A stretch of 24,173 bases of DNA from a virus (lineage: Duplodnaviria; Caudoviricetes): positions 1 to 24,173 of IMG/VR virus record IMGVR_UViG_3300017759_000081; one strand, given 5' to 3'. Under the pieces are notes generated by a model. The model was not told the DNA's origin. It worked only from the letters and a program-made list of their open reading frames with translations, and ran no database searches. This document shows, piece after piece, positions 23,698 to 24,173 of the stretch. Position 1 is the stretch's first letter; every line of letters starts with the position of its first letter. The position numbers and the translations under genes are program-made.

Positions 23698-24173
23698 TAG
23701 ATAGTACCAAATGCGGTTACGTCGTTAGCTGATGTTACTGCGCCGTTTGTGCCGACCTTGAACACCTCTGTGCCGTCATAGACAAATACAAGCTCATCGA
23801 TGTCTGTTTTGATTACCCAGTTACCTAAAGACAAGGTAGTTGCCTTTACATCACCTGCAGCGCTGTAAATCACGCCTTTGCTGTTTACTACTGTGCCTGC
23901 CAGGGCGCCATCTAAGACGTTTACTTCAGCTGCTGATGCTGAGATAGCGTTAAGCTTGTTAAGATTGCCTGTGGTCGCTACAGAGCCGTCTAGGACGTTT
24001 ATCTCAGCCGCTGTAGCCGTGACACCGTCCATGATATTCAGCTCAGCAGTAGTCGCCGTAACACCGTCTAGGATGTTTAGCTCAGTCGCTGTGGCGGTAA
24101 CACCATCCAATATATTTAACTCTGCGGCAGTTGCTGTTACGCCATCTAAAATGTTGAGCTCAGCAGCCGTAGA
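23697..24173 (-). CDS. Tail fibre protein, C-terminal part (5' end outside the window)
   Basis: Frame is open to the edge (159 codons); 13-aa repeats ELNILDGVTATAA; C-terminal GAVTSANDVTAF. Confidence 0.8.
   Translation of the reverse strand, partial: STAAELNILDGVTATAAELNILDGVTATATELNILDGVTATTAELNIMDGVTATAAEINVLDGSVATTGNLNKLNAISASAAEVNVLDGALAGTVVNSKGVIYSAAGDVKATTLSLGNWVIKTDIDELVFVYDGTEVFKVGTNGAVTSANDVTAFGTI
23905..24173 (-). repeat. Coding tandem repeat with 39-nt period
   Basis: Five near-perfect and two degenerate ELNILDGVTATxA units with divergent third codon positions. Confidence 0.85.

Noticed and set aside
23905-24173. 39-nt periodic repeat as a CRISPR array
   Set aside because: There are no spacers, variation is mostly at third codon positions, and the repeat lies inside an open frame.
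1-24173. Prophage boundaries, integrase, reverse transcriptase/DGR, or alternative genetic code
   Set aside because: No host genes, att-like junction, integrase or RT motifs were seen, and core genes are full length under the standard code.

Overview
The window is about 24 kb of a tailed dsDNA bacteriophage with a podovirus/P22-like head and ejection module. Every credible gene is on the minus strand. In transcription order (high to low coordinates) it holds: repeat-rich tail-fibre genes; a gp10-like nozzle; a gp14/GNAT-like gene; gp7/gp20/gp16-like ejection proteins; portal, scaffold and major capsid; a lysis cassette (3-TM holin, lipoprotein, M15 endolysin); an operator-controlled early operon (annealase, SSB, XRE HTH, winged HTH, secreted protein); a ~400-nt structured non-coding region; a stand-alone C-terminal replication-initiator domain; NinB; an HTH-metallophosphoesterase; NinG; a second operator-controlled cluster of small genes including a free sigma70 region-4 mimic; TerS and TerL; and an ADP-ribosyltransferase (ART-PolyVal-like) gene that the ORF track missed and that runs off the window edge. 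The best candidate for an undescribed system is 6687-7476. There a terminator-insulated structured leader with convergent promoters, a predicted ~90-nt antisense RNA, 10-bp phased repeats and a GNA mini-hairpin sits in front of an initiator that has no DNA-binding N-terminus. All family assignments come from recognising motifs by eye; no searches were run.
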